The notes beneath the pieces were generated by a model, which saw only the letters and a list, made by a program, of their open reading frames with translations, was not told where the DNA came from and ran no database searches. Shown here piece by piece: positions 49,461 through 64,000 of a DNA stretch of 64,000 nt (position 1 is the first letter of the stretch; every line of letters starts with the position of its first letter). The stretch comes from Cycas panzhihuaensis (Eukaryota; Plantae; Cycadophyta): assembly GCA_023213395.1 (NCBI GenBank), contig CM041465.1, positions 220,913,741-220,977,740 of the forward strand, written 5' to 3'. The translations under genes and the position numbers were made by a program.

Positions 49461-52075
49461 CATCATGACCTAAGTCAATCATAGGAAGAGTTGGTATATT
49501 TATATGGGTGTATCTACTAGGGAAGGCATTATGTAATTATTGTATATCTATGTACCTCTAGGCATCTCTAGTTGGAGTTAACTTTTATTAAGGATGGGGT
49601 CTCATATCATTACAACAGTGTTAAGGACATTATAAGTGGTATTAAAGCATTTGAACCTACAATGTGAACCATTGTCTCGACTTTTAATTAACTTATCTAC
49701 TATGATTCTCAATACTACTTATAGTTCATAAAACCTCTCTCCCTAATTAGGTAAGAATAGCCATGGTTATTTAGCCATTGTTTCGCATTTAGACAAGTTC
49801 TTATTCTATAGTGATTGGGGTACTTTTTAAATTGTGAGTCAACTATATGCTAAGGAGAAGTTGCTTTAAGCTTAATAGTGGGCTTCCTTAGTAGAAGAAG
49901 AGATACAACTTTCTCACATTTAACACCACCGACTAATGAAAGACGCGATACAAACTAAAGTTATATGTACCTTTTACTCAATCTTAACTTTACCCTCCTC
50001 CTAATCCATGTTTTACTTGAGCTTTTATCAACATCAACATAAAGTAGAGAACTAATAAAACTTCTCGTTATGAATTAATCATCATCACCACCATGTTTAT
50101 GTAGTCATGAAGCTAAAGGGCATTAAGATGATTTATGCTTGCTAGAGGCATCAACCTTATCTGACTCTTTATATGACCTTTGTATTACTACCCCTACTCC
50201 ATCAAGGGCATGTAATAATTTTGATTCATTAAAGACTAAAACCTCATATGCAGTTGTTGTCTTAATAAACATTCATGTATATTTTTATGCCTTTCTTTTT
50301 TAAAACATAGGTTTTAATTTTAGAATATCCAATAGTATTTTCTTCTTTTAATATACCCTTTATTACATAAGGTTAAGATTGTGGGAATAAATATTAGGAA
50401 TTCTTTATATTATTTAATAGGAATGTTCCCCTTTTATGTTAGTTAAAAATTCACTAACTTGAAGATAATTTAATCTAATTCATGTAGTTTCAATAAGTAT
50501 TTTTTCCCCAAAAGATTATTAATTATTTTGCATGTAAGTGTCTTGGCTTAATTAGTTTGTTTACAAGTGTCTCTCCTACTTGGTATTTCATAACTATAAC
50601 CTATTTTTTTCATAGGCTATTCAATTTTGCTCTTTATTTTAACCTCCATAGGTCTTCAAGGGTATTTATTTTTTTATTTTCCTTTTTTTTTAGATTACCA
50701 CTTCTACTTTGGTTACATCCTAGTAACCCTCTTAGTTTAGGCCTATAAATTAGCTTTGACCAAGTATCATTATAGCTTCCATATAATCATTAGCCTTCAT
50801 ACTTTAGTTTTGGTATAAATATGTCCCTTTATTATATTCTTGCCTATTTCTTTTAGCATTATCTCTCTACTCTTATCATCCCATCACTCAACTTTATTCC
50901 ATGCCATTCCATCCACCATAACACCCCACCAATAAAAATGTTTACGTATTATGGTATAGGTCCTTATAGAATTAACAGTCCTTATGAATTATATATGTAC
51001 AAATTTAGTAGGCACTTAGACCTATAATAATGACTCAATAAGCTCAATAAGAAGTTTGTATAGTTAATGTTTTCACATAAGTAAGATAGAGTATATTTCT
51101 TTCTTAGAATATTTACAATGTTCAGCATTTATTTAAGGATAATAATGGTTCAAAAGTATTACAAAAGTTGGTGCCACTTTTATTCACCTTAGACATGATT
51201 TCCTTGCTCAAGTAAGTAAGAATAATAACTGGCTAAAGCTATTGTAAGAAGAGAAGCACAACTTTTAATAGGTTATTAAAATGCCAAGTAAGTGTTGTAA
51301 GTTGTGATATAACTAATGCACTAAAGTATCTCTTCACTTATTAGGCATAAGCCAACCCTGCCATTCAAGACAATTTCTAGGAACTAAATGTATTAATATA
51401 TCGTAGTAACAACCAACCAAGTCTACATAAAAGAGTCATAAAGTGAAGCAAGCCTCTAGAAGCACTAGTGAAGAAGACAAAGTCTGTAACAACTTGGGAA
51501 CTAAAGACCATAACTAAAAAAGCCAATAATGAGTTGGTGATATGATGATCAATATCAAAGAACAGATAAAGCAAGATGATAAATCTAACTTAATAAATCA
51601 AGTTAAATATGTCATTGTCATCTATCAGGACCTTCATAATCCCTAAAAAATAATAGAGCTAGACTTAGAGGACTTAAAAGGACCCAATAACATATTAGTA
51701 ATGGATATGAAGGAAGTCCTAACATTGGCCACAATAAGGATGTAAAGTCAAATCCAAAAGATATGCATATTTTACCAAAATCCCCTTTGGATGAAATGCT
51801 AAAGAAGTAAAAAATGACAAAATCCAACAAGCATTATAAGTACAATAGCCAATATACTCCACTAAGTGGCTAAAATAAATATGAATTTAAGTAATTAACA
51901 TAACCTAAGTCAAGTTGCATATTTTCATAATATCATAAAGCTTTATAGGAAAAGCTTATTAAGTAGGGGGAGATGTTGTGACTCTAATTGACCATACAAA
52001 GAGATGGCATATTTATTGGGGCAATAACCCTTAGGGAGTGTCATATACTATTACAATATTGGTAAGGCCACTATA
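49460..52075 (+). mobile_element. Possible very old short-LTR element interrupting the Gypsy relic
   Basis: Degenerate PBS tggtattaaagc at ~49637, PPT agggggaga at ~51965 followed by tgttgtgac, and weak end similarity (ttacaacagtgttaaggacattata vs ttacaatattggtaaggccactata). Confidence 0.4.
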
Positions 52076-54649
52076 TGAAGTTAGATACTTTCTTGGTTTA
52101 TTAATTATCAAAGGGTTCTCTTGCATAACGAAACTTTCTTATGCTCTTTAGAAAGAATGGAGCCAGTTTTGAATAGATTATATAATATAAAGAAAGGTCT
52201 AATGCTTAAAAGAGATCTTGACAAAGGATAATGATGATCTAATGCATAATAAAAAGAGTTGAACTAAGGTAATTAAGCCAAAGTTATCTTGGAATGGGGT
52301 AAATCCCTGATTAATCTTAAATCTAAGACTCTAGGTTCAAGGGAGGATAATGTCAACATAATTAAGAATGGAGAAGGCTTGTTATGCCCTAGTCAACATG
52401 ATCTCTAATTTCCTCAACCTATAATTAAAAAGCCTTTGTCAAAATTTGACATGGAAAGGTTGTAAAAAGGAATGACCAAGTTAGATGATGTTGATACTTA
52501 TAATACACTTCTAATATGCATCAACATGCAAAGTAAGTAGTGTAGGGAAACCCAAAATAACTTCAAAACTCTCTCTTCCTTACTAGGCAAAGAAAGGGGG
52601 GATGGAGGTTGGAGACTTACTTAACACTTTATGTCACTAGTTGGAATGTACTAAGCCTGACTGACTAATGTAGAAAGTGCATGGTTAGAAGGTTCACCAC
52701 TCTCTTAGCCAGCATGATGTTTTGTGCCTTTAAGAAGTAATTTTTTTTTTGTTTTTTACTAGAAAACATTATTATTTTACTCAAAGCTAGTTTGGAAAAT
52801 AAGCTAGTTAGCTCCAGGTTAGACTTGGAGAATAAAGTGTTTAGATATTACTTTAATACAATAACCTTATCCTCAAAATTTTAAATATTTATTCTCCTAA
52901 TCTCCCAATGGAAAGAGCTAGATTTTAGGAGTGGCTAATGAGTAACCTTACTAGAATATTATGGCCCTTATATAGAGATTTCAATATGATTAAAACTCAA
53001 GAGGATAGAGTTAATGGTTATAATTTTAGAAGACATGGAGAAGAACATCCATCATAAATGAATTTGAAATCTAAGTTTGGTCTTTCTAACCCTAATACTA
53101 GTATAAGGCAAGAAGACCATGGGTTGTGGTTTACATCATCTAATCCCTTACATAAGCATGATCATGTTATAAAAAGATTTGTTCATGCCATATTGTCTAA
53201 TGATTATAAATTTGAGCTCATGATGGGTAAGGGAAGACCTATCAAAGTGATTATAGGCATAGAACACTTTAATCATTACCATATCTCTTTCTCTCTAGTT
53301 AGGGAAGAAGAGTTGTTAGTATTACCTAAAGCATCATTTAAGCTTAACATCTCACATCTTATATGCCAAAAACATTTAAATAGTTTTTAGATTATGGGGC
53401 ACATTTCCTTGTAACCCATTATAGTGGATCTCACATTCACTACCAAAATAAAAGTAGGTTTGATAAATATTTCTTTAAGAAATATATTTTTATTAAATCG
53501 AATTAAATGTGATGAATGTATATCATTGTAGGGCCATATAAATATCAAATATGTGCCTCTTTGATAAGTCACAACCCTAAGTCATGTATATTAGATAATA
53601 ATTATAATTATAATTAGTTGTAAGGTCTACAATAAATCTCCCCCCTTTTGAAATGCTTTGCCCTTAAAGTATGGTAAAACTTCAAAGAATTCCTATATGT
53701 AAACACCAAGCATTTTCTTAGCTGATTGTTGATTTATTTACTGTTAAATTATTCTTTTATTAGCGGAATGCATATGGAGTATAACTAAGCAATACAATTA
53801 ACTTTTCATTAGTTCCTCTTTGACGTAGGGGTGTTTTTAAATTTAGGCAAAGAGATTCTAAAGAATTGATAGAGATTTCCATTCCATAAGAAATGAATAT
53901 ATTATTACTTTAATGTCAATGGGATGGTTAATTATAATTGTTTAGCTACATTTTCTATTAATATTAACATTTTAGGTATATCCTTTTGAGATATATTCTA
54001 AAATAGTTAGTCATATTCCACCATAAGGGAGTTAGTTTACTATTATTACTTCCTTTCCTTTTTGTGGTCCTCTTCTTTTATCCACATTTTTTATTTTTGG
54101 TATTAGTGATATTAGTTTATTAGTTTTGGCTTTGCAAGCTACTTCTTCCAAAGCTTGTTTCATGATTATAAAATGATCAATTTCCACTTTAGGGTTCGAG
54201 TAATCTACTTCCTCTTCCTTTTATTTTGTCTTCAACCTACTTATAGTTTATAAATTATCAATTTTGATGTATTTGGTACTATTATGGTCAAGCTTGACAA
54301 TCTTACATTTAATGGGTAGTGTTATAGGGGAAAATCCTTTTTAACCTTTCTGTGGGAACTAACCAAAGACTCTTAGAACTTTAATAACCCTAGAATATGA
54401 CCAACACACCGTACTAGTCATAATACACTAGGTATTTTTTTACCATCAATTTATGGAGTTAATAGGCTATAGACACTCCACCCCTTTATGTCATTTCCAC
54501 TTATATTTTCTATTCAACTAGTAATATCAATTAAGGTTTAACTTGTTTATCCAATTCTTCATTCTCACTAAATTTTCCAAGTGCTTGAATTATACAATAA
54601 TATAGATGCAGTTTCCCTGACTTTTTGGATTAAATGATTTTAATAGAAG

Positions 54650-55827
54650 AAGCAAATAGAATATAGACAAAAGAATTACAGATACCATAAACATTTGTAT
54701 GTAAACATCAAGAATAAACATGTATTATGCATTGATCAAGAAGGCATAATAATGAAATTAATGAGAATTACTTTTGTATTTGAAAGTATAAGACATAAAT
54801 TGGATAAATATTTTTGGGTGCTTCTTGATTCAAATTGAGGTTTATAGTGGTTTGATTGCTCATTGTATCAACTATGTTAGAATATTTTAAGAACCTTTAT
54901 ATTTGAATCTCTAATGTAATCCATAAATTGAAATAGTTGCTTATTATTCTAATGATGGAGCATCTTTATAATACATGCCACTTTTAATGTTATTACCTAT
55001 TATAATATCTGTTTGTGATGTGTTTGAATATTTTATGACTATTTTAATGTTTACAAATATTATTTGAAATATAAAGAGGAGTAGAGGTTTAACTCAACAC
55101 ACGTAGTATGCATGTTAAATGGATGCTGGGGAGAAAATAATTTGATATAGTTAAATAGTGGGGCGTGATATAACATATAAAAAATAACTAGTTTAAGGCT
55201 ACACACTTGTGATATAGTGATTACTAGCAAACACTAACCTATGTAAAACTTGTTCAATGTAGGGATTTTAAAGAACCAATCATCATAGTGGATATTCTAT
55301 TAGATAAAGTTAATGTGGTTATGAAGCTTTTATACTAATATGGAGAACTCCTTAGCTTATAAGCAATTATTTTTTAATCAGGAATGATCTCCTTAATTGT
55401 TAATAGTGGATCCTAAATTGACTTAATATTTCACATATGTTCCACCATGTTTTTAATCATCTTTAAAGTATATAACTAACTTTGTAGGTTCATGGCTCTC
55501 ATGTCATCCTCATGTTCAAAGTAGTTCACAAGCATATCCCATATTTATTTTAATGTAGTAGCATCCTTAATGTTTAAAATGATGTTTCCAATAGTTGACA
55601 TACTAGGAAAACCAAATCTTATCTACTTTTTTTTATTAGTATTCAATATTAAAGTCAACATAATATTCAATTTATTTTAAAAAGTAATCATTTATGTAGT
55701 ATCCTTATCCATTATAGAATTATCGATATACTTCTAGAGATCATTTAGATAAAAGAAATTAAACATTTGATACTTCCAAATAGTATGGTTTTTAGGACCT
55801 ATTAGTTTGTCTATGCCTATACTCATT
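54650..55827 (-). pseudogene. Deleted and eroded copia gag and integrase relic
   Basis: The minus strand from 55827 reads MSIGIDKLIGPKNHTIWKYQM (gag N-terminus). FESRSTQ near 54820 resembles the integrase C-terminus. Confidence 0.6.
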
Positions 55828-56539
55828 ACGTTTTCTCTAAAAGATATTTTAAACAAAAGACTTATAAAAAAATATTAAAAAATAACTAAACAAGCATAGA
55901 AATAAAGTAAGAAAGCTATCAAAGTCACCAATCTACACGTAGGTAGGTGGTATGATTGATTTTATTACCTTAATCTACTCATAGGTGGCTAGAATATCAC
56001 AAAAATATATAAAATTAAAATTTCACATGAATTTTGTATTGATGTGCTATATATAACCACTACCAAATCGTAGATCTAAAAAAATTATGTGCTACGGTAT
56101 ATTTATTTTTCTAAAACAAATTCTAGATCCTATTATAATAGTCTTAGTTCCCAAAATACCATGTGATTAGGGGCTAGCTGGTAGGGGGTTTTATTCTAAA
56201 CTTTAAATAAAATCCAATATAGTTTAAGGTGCCCTAAACTTTAGAAAATAAAAAATACTTTATAATTAAAGTTTATGAGAGAATATTCCATACGAAATAT
56301 CCCTTTCAAAGGCATGGGAAAATTTGGAAACCTCCACAACTCTATCTTTTTCTAAAAAATAAAGTCATTTTTTCCAAAAACAACTTTGCCATTCTACTCA
56401 TGGTTCTGTGTATATGTTCCCAATTTCTTGAAATAAGGGCATTAATTTAAAGTTATTGGCTAGCAAGATCCTCATCGTAGTTTATCTTTTTGTCACCTAT
56501 AACTGTTATTAAAAAAGCCTTAAATAATGAAAAAGGCCA

Positions 56540-57400
56540 AAATAGTTTACAACCATGGTGTTTATAAAGTTGTGAGTGTTTCCTAGGTCGATAAGAATGA
56601 CTATCTTTTCCTTCCATAGAAGCCCTTATAGTTTAACATTATTGGATTGTGGGGTGCTTAATATAGTTGTTAAAAAGATGGAAGGTTGGTTATCATCAAG
56701 ATGTGATATCCCCATAAGAGGTGGTTGATCATTAATGATATCAATTTCAATGTTATTGGCTTTAATTGCATAAAGTTAGTTTCATCGTGAACATACCTTA
56801 AGGTGTCTTATAAATCACTTTTTATTACAATTCTAATAATTCTAATTATGAACTACCTTTTTAGGTTTTAAAGCATGACCTATAACCAAATATTGATTTC
56901 TATAATTAGATTGTTACTTAAGAGAAATGTATTAAGAGGTTTGTGCTTATTGCTTGACCTTATCTTATAAGACTAATGTCTTTCTTTAATGTAGTAAGTT
57001 AAAATATTTTAACTTTAATGCCAATGTCAGGTTGTAGGTTAGAGTGGTAGAATTATATCATTTCTTCATATAAAATGATTATTTTGAGTTAGAGTCTCTC
57101 AAACTATTCAGTGACTTCTTTAATTGATGAATCATGTTGAAAATAATATGATAGTTGGACTTTATATAGAGTAGTATTTGGTCCTTCAACTCATTGATGT
57201 ATGGCATCAACAAAATTGCCACAAAGAATATAACCACAATTTGAATACTATTTTTGTGCCCATATGAATATAGGTCCTTCTAAATGGTTAATAATAAGAC
57301 TATTTTTTTCACTAAGAGCATTAATTTCAAGATCACATCATCCCACTTTAAGTTTGGTGATCTATTCATCAATATCAATTATACCTTTGATACTAAAATT
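56540..57400 (-). pseudogene. Eroded Gypsy gag-protease relic
   Basis: The minus strand at 56561-56602 reads VILIDLGNTHNFIN, matching the VLIDSGATHNFI protease motif. The extent of gag is approximate. Confidence 0.6.
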
Positions 57401-59336
57401 AGGAATAGTAAGATGCCTTTTGTATTGAATAATTTCCTGGTTATTGTTATTACCCTAATTATCGTAAGACTTAAGTGTCTCAGGTCTAATGTCATTTTGT
57501 CTCGACATAAGTTTTTGGATATTGTCATTCATTTGTTCCATCCATTATTAAATGGCTTTAAGACAAGCGTTAACATCATTACTAGAGTCTCCCTTATTTA
57601 CCATTCATTATTTCTTCTTATACTCTATTGTATTAGATTTTATGGAACCATAATGAAGCTCCAACTTCTAGTTTGCAAGTTGCTTAGTAAGTTGGTCTAT
57701 ATCCTCTAGTATTTAAACTTTTAGTATATATGGTATGGGTACTTTCATGTAATATATATACCTATATTTTATTTCCATGACAGAAACAATAATACTATTG
57801 TCCAAGATATCGAACCATTAATGATAATAATAATGATTTATCATTTGTATATAATAAGTAATATTAATACTCAAATATATTAGACCATGACTCAACACTG
57901 ATCTCGTTGATAATAATACTGGTAATTGTTGGTATTAATGCCCATGATTCTATAAAATATTATTTTGTTTATATTGGCAATATTTTTGTATTGGTATAAC
58001 TTAGTAGTAATGATTGTTACCAATATTAATACCTTCACATTCCTCTAAGGTCAATGATATAGTTGCAACCATAACAATCTATTTATGCCGATTAAATGAT
58101 ATAATTTAGTGTATGCATTATATATTATAATAATAAATACCAAAAAAAACTATATAATCATAATCAACTATTAAATAAATAAACTAGTAGGTGATAGTTT
58201 TAGGTATATGAACTATATTTTATCCATTACTTATTTATGCCTTAAAATATTAATTAATCAATAAATATATAACCTTATGTGTTATAGAGTATGATTTTGC
58301 ATAAGTATATGGTGCTAATGGAGAATATGCAGAGATCCTTGATCTAGGTTAATTATGGGAATATATGGTTTTGAGCTTTATATATAAGAATGTTAAAGTG
58401 GTAGGTATATTAATGTCGGAGGATTTTATTGTAGGAATAATAACATTAGAAGAATATTAACGTTACTCGTATATATACAATTCCTAGGATAATTATTTGA
58501 TTGTGGTGAAGATACTTATATATGAGGATTAGTACATAGTAATAGAGATAAAAAATTAGTTTATGATTATGAGTGATAATTGGGATTTAATACCGTGTTA
58601 TAAGCATTGTTGTAATAACAATGGAAGATAGTGAAGATGAAGGTGATGATGACAAGTGGTCATGGTACTGGTGAATGTAGTGATGTTTAATATTTCATGG
58701 AATTTTAGTCAATTTTAATATACTTGGCATGGAGCTCACATATTAATCAATTGCTCAATTAGTTATAAATTACTTAATTTATAGCCCACAAAGTTATAAA
58801 ATGCTAGAATCGAGACAAAATATGAAGATTCTGGTTTCTACATTATAGGTAAATGAAGTGACCATATAAATATAAAACTAATAATAAGGAGAAAATACAA
58901 AAAGATCAACAATGAAGATGGAAATGTAGAGTCAACGATTAAATACAAAGTTTAAATAATCATAATGTATATGCAATTATAAAGGAGAATGTAAATAGGA
59001 CACATTGTAAGGATGATAAGGTAAGGATCACCACTAATGCGTAAGTCAGATGTTGAAGAAAATAAAGATGAAAGGTAAAGAAAGTAAAGTGTTGAAGATA
59101 TTAATACTAAGATAGTCGAATGAAGGTATTAAGATTGTATGAGTCCTATAAAAAATGGAGAATGCATAGATATAAATGAAAAACACAAGGTACACAAAGC
59201 ATATAAACATGGATGTATAATGTCAATGAAATACTAAAATTTTCAGGTTAGCTTTAACACCATTTATAGTGGATCCCATGTCCACTACTAAAATTAAAGT
59301 AAGTTTGATAAACATTTCTTTAAGAAATATGTTTTT

Positions 59337-62300
59337 TGATGGATATCAAGAGTAAAATATAAATGAAACAATGAAAGATCATGAAGAGATAAATGTAAGA
59401 TAATATATGGGTGATCTTAATGAACACTAAGGTCTTCAAACCCCATGGATAAATGAGTAGAGCTAAGAGTGTTTGACACATCTCTTAAGGTCTAATACTA
59501 CCTAGTATTGATAAATACCATAGAGAGTGCTACCTCTAAGAAATAAGATATCACCCTGATGTGGTTATTATCTTAACATTTCTCCCTTATAATGCCCATT
59601 TGAGGACACTCCAACCTTATCTATAAATTTGATGAATTTTATTTTACTGAGTGCCTTTATGAAGATGTTTACCACCCAATCCTTTATAATACAGTAAGCT
59701 AACTCCAACTCACCATGCTACACTAGTTTTGTAATGAAATGATGTTATGTTTCTATGTGTTTTCTCCTGCCATGAAATCTAGATTCCTAGTCATCTGAAT
59801 TATACTTTGGCTATTACAAAATAATTATGTGAAACTAATATATTCCTCTTGTAAATCTTGAAGCAATCTCTTAAGTCAAACTATGTCACAAGCTCATGCT
59901 ATAGCTATCTTGTACTCTACTTCTATAATAGAGAGGGATATTGTTACCTATTTCTTTGAACTCCATGCCATTGCTATTAAACCTAAACTAAATACAAAAC
60001 CTAAAGTAGACTTCATGTCATATATACAATAAGCCCAAGTTGAGTCTATATAATCAATTAATTTATAATTTCTTAATGGATTGTAATGTAAACCATTAAT
60101 GTTTCCTTAAAGATACCATGGAATTCTTTTAATTGCCTACTAATATTTAACCTTAAGTTCATGCATAAACCTAGAAACCACTCTAACTACATACATAATA
60201 TCTAGTTGAGTTGAAGTCATGTAAATAAGTTTTTCAATCAAAAGCATATAAAGTATAGGGTCAACTAATTCAAACTCCTTAAACTTAGATAATTTCAACC
60301 CAACTTTTACTAATATTACAAGTGGCTTATAATTGACCATGTTAAATGTATGTAACATATATAATGTATATTTCTTCTATGACAAAAGCATCCCCTTTTC
60401 ATCTTGCCATACTTTAATTCCTACGCAATAATAAGTCCCACATCTTTTATTCTAAACTCTTTGCATGCATCTTTCTTAATTTTTTAGGATAAGTAGTCAC
60501 AATTCCTAATATATACTAAGTCATTGATATATATAAGCCCACAATCAATATTGAGCTCCCTTCAAACTTTATGTACAAGTTGGGGTCCAATTACCTCCTT
60601 AGGAATCCTTTATCCTCAAAGTATTTATTAATCTGAAAGCACCATACTCTAGGCGTCTGTATGAGTCCATATAAGGCTTTTTTGAGTTTATAGATCTTGT
60701 CTTCCTCTCCTTTTCTTCTCCTCATCAATATACTTATTCAAGAAATCACTCATCACATCCATTTGATGGACTATCCAATCCTATTGTACAACTTGTCTAT
60801 GATTAATTTAATTATTTCTAACCTTGTAATTGATGTGAATATTTCATTATAGTCTATGCCTTCAATTTGAACATAACCCTTTACAACTAATTGTGCCTTG
60901 TACTTGTCAATTGAACCATCTAACTTGTACTTGGCCTTATAACCCTATTTTGTCCTAATGGCATTCTTTCTTAGTGGTAAATCGACCAACTCCCAAGTGT
61001 TATTCTTCACCAGGGCATTATACTCTTCCTTTATTATTTTATTCTATTCATCTTGACTATTTACCTCTTCAAAATTTTAAGGCTTATTTAACTCCATCTC
61101 TTAAGTCATAAGTACAAAATTTACCCTCTAAGATTTAGTTGTTTTATTTTTAAAGTTAACATCTAAAATATCTTGAGGGTTATGACTCATTTACATCCAT
61201 TTTGGAACCCTTTTATTTGAAGCAAATGGACATACTCCACTTGTATTAGTTATACTTGTACCATTTGAGTTAGGTTCTACATCAATCATAATGCTTTTGC
61301 CTTTATCTTTTTTATAACTTCTTCTTAATAGAATTCATCTTTATTAAAGATGACATCCCTATTCATGATAATTCTTTTCCCCTTAGGGCCATATAGTTTA
61401 TAGGATATTGATGTATCAATATATCCTATAAATATGCACTTAGTGCTTTTATCATTCAACTTTACCCTTCTATGTTCTAGAATATGTGTATATGCTATGC
61501 ACTAAAAAATTCTCAAGTGTTTAATACTTGATTTGTGACCTATCTAAGCCTCTTTATGTGTGAACCATCTCATTGCCTTTATTATATATTTGTTCAATAA
61601 ATAAACAACTATATAAATAACTTCTTCCTAATATTCATTACCAAGATGCTTATTCTTAAGCATGCTTATAGCCATCTTAACAATAGTCCTATATTTTTCA
61701 TTTTACTACCCTATTTTATTGAGGGGTATAAGGATTAATAAGTTACTTCTTTATCCTATAATACCTATAATATTCTTTAAATTTATTTAAAATAAATTCT
61801 CCTCTATTATCTAATTTAAAGGTTAATATTTTATGGCCACTTTGTCTTTAAATTATCACTTTGAAATTGATAAAGTATTAAAGTACATCAAACTTAAACT
61901 TGTGAAAAATAAATCCAAGTCATTCTTGTGAAGTTATTAATAAAAGTTATGAAGTTCTTAGCTTCTCTAAGTGAAGGCACATCTATTGATCCATATAGAT
62001 CTATGTAAACTAGTTGAAGAGGCCCATTTGCCCTATAACTATTATTAGGGAATCCTTTCCTTATTTTTTTGCCTAGTGTACAACACTCATATACTTCTTT
62101 ACCATGTTTAATGTTAGGTAGACCAACTACCATTTCTATTTTCTTCATTAATGATAAGTTGTTGTAGTTCACATGACTAAATCTTTTATGTTGAGTCTCA
62201 CTATCTATATTAATTGATGGCTTCAAGGTATAGTAGTCATTTGGGGGTATGACTAACTTAAATTACATATTACTAGTCATTTTACCCTTAATGACTATTT

Positions 62301-64000
62301 CCTTATTCCTCGACTTATCCCTAATAATGCACTCATTATTGTCAAAGATATCTTTACTCCATCATTTGTTTAACTAATAGTAAGTTCTTCTTGAGTGTAG
62401 GGATATTAAGTACATCATTGATACACTTAGTCTCTCTAAAATTTATTTGGATAGTTACATTTCCTTTATCTATTACAGCCTGAGTAGTGTTATCCCCAAA
62501 TATGGTTTTGCTTATTTGAGTATTGTCTAACTCTTTAAACTATTCTTTTATATGTATCATATGAGTAGGGCAATCTGAATCAATGTACCAACTATTCTCC
62601 TCTTCATTGGCTGTAAGACTTGATAGGAAAAGTCTTTCACTCTCCCTAAGTTCTTTGATTACTATATTTATTACTCCTCTTTGTATGTTAGAACTTTTTG
62701 TGAAATAATTAATTTTTAAGTATCCAATTCTATGATAAGAAGAATGATATATTATTCCTATTCTTTTACCTCTAGGACTCCTCCTTTGTTCTTGATTCCT
62801 ACCTCTTAGACTTTATTTTCTGCCTCTTCCTTAAGGTCCAAAACCTTATCCTTAATGTTAATTAAATTGGCCTTGATAGAATAACCTTTGTCCTTGACCT
62901 TGTCCTTGATGGAATTGACCTTGACCTTAATAAAATTAACCTTATCCTTAATGAAATTATCCTTGGATTTTAAAGTTTTATCCTCTTCCTCTAAGAGATT
63001 AACCTCTTCTTTGAAAACTTTAGCCTTCATAGGATGGCTTAATCTTTGCATTAATGGTAAACACATGTTCAAAGGACTCACTACCACATTTCTTCTCTTT
63101 AACAACTAATAACATAGCACTAAGCTAATCAACCTTAAGTGTTGTAAGATCTTTAGAGACCTCAATGATTATTGCTACTATCTCAAATCTTTTTACGTCA
63201 CTATCACATCTTAGAATTTCTTCTACCACTATTTATTCATTAATAACTTCTCCTAAGACCCTCATTTGATTAAATAAGCTTTGTACCTTAGTTATGAAGT
63301 CATTAATCCCCTCATTATTATTCATCCTAAAATTTTTACATATGGTCCTTAGTATTTGAAGTTTTGATGTAGCAACTTCTTCATAGGTGGTCTTCAAAGC
63401 ATCCCACATCTCTTTTGATGTAGTCACCTCATTAACCCTTAGGAAGATATGGTCCTCTAATATGTAGAAGATGAATGCCAAGGCTTCATTGTCTTTCTTT
63501 TTGTTCTTCTTGAAGGTCTTCTTTTTATTTGCATTAGTATTAAGATCAAGTGTACCATATCCATTTTTAATTAAATATTATACATCTTTTAATACAAAAG
63601 TATGCTTTATCCTATGACTCTAATTTAAAAAATTAACACCATTAAACTTAAGTACTATTACATTGCTCATGCTAGAAGCCATCATAAAGTAAAATACCTT
63701 AAAAGATAAATTGGTTTAATAAAATGAAGTACTTTGATGAAGGTCTTAAAGAGGTGCACTTAAACAAGGGTATAAAAGGACTTGACCATAAGCTAAATTG
63801 TCCCCCTCTAGCTTTGGGACATGTACAAGTGCCTTAACTAGGACTCAACCCCTCCAAGATAAAGTTTTTGTATTAGGTTATGATTATAAAGTGAAGGTTT
63901 TTCCAAGTTATTTAAAGGTAAACTCATAGGAAGCCCACAAACTTACATCAACTTTAAATATAAGAATAATATATCAAATTATTCTAAAAATATTCAAATG
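59337..64000 (-). mobile_element. Old Ty1/copia element G (3' LTR about 59337-59578; 5' LTR outside the window)
   Basis: LTR edge tcttaaca plus PPT tttctccctt. RT/RNase H (60140-60358), integrase LQLVYIDLYG (61894-62226), protease WYIDSDC..HM (~62560-62590), gag (63233-63481) and ATG at 63682. Confidence 0.88.
59600..63682 (-). pseudogene. Heavily C>T-eroded gag-pol of G
   Basis: All domains are present in copia order with numerous TAA/TAG stops. Confidence 0.88.

Noticed and set aside
52270-52360. 3' end and LTR start of the Gypsy relic (gggaggataa-TGTCAAC)
   Set aside because: Suggestive PPT, but no partner LTR or TSD could be located.
62806-63109. Periodic KDKVNFI ORF as a repeat protein
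   Set aside because: It is an off-frame reading of the QFHQGQG repeat in the gag of G.

Overview
Eukaryotic land-plant nuclear DNA, about 90% transposon-derived. A large-genome lineage such as a fern or gymnosperm is plausible but unproven. The only clear host gene is exon 1 of a type-1 protein phosphatase (PP1/TOPP) on the minus strand at 43477-43654. It ends at the conserved GT donor, and no exon 2 is visible, so 1-43476 is probably one intron of more than 43 kb. That interval holds an LTR-retrotransposon nest that can be reconstructed from 5-bp target-site duplications (TSDs). Copia C (1979-27830) hosts copia A2 (5567-15925), which hosts a very young non-autonomous element B1 (10859-13884). 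C also hosts copia D (16353-26832), which hosts its inverted relative E (18134-23410). The interval further contains a partial copia A1, an older B copy (B2, 31130-35098), an A-family solo LTR, a decayed env-like extra ORF, a hAT transposase relic and a probable MITE. Upstream of PP1 lie a 1.1-kb duplication and much older, C>T-eroded Gypsy and copia relics. The strongest candidates for new biology are (1) family B, whose non-coding interior is built from hairpin arrays, one apparently amplified from the RNase H 'KSTTG' codons, and (2) a stem enclosing the PPT/U3 junction, kept with different sequences in five or six LTR families. All identity estimates are by eye.
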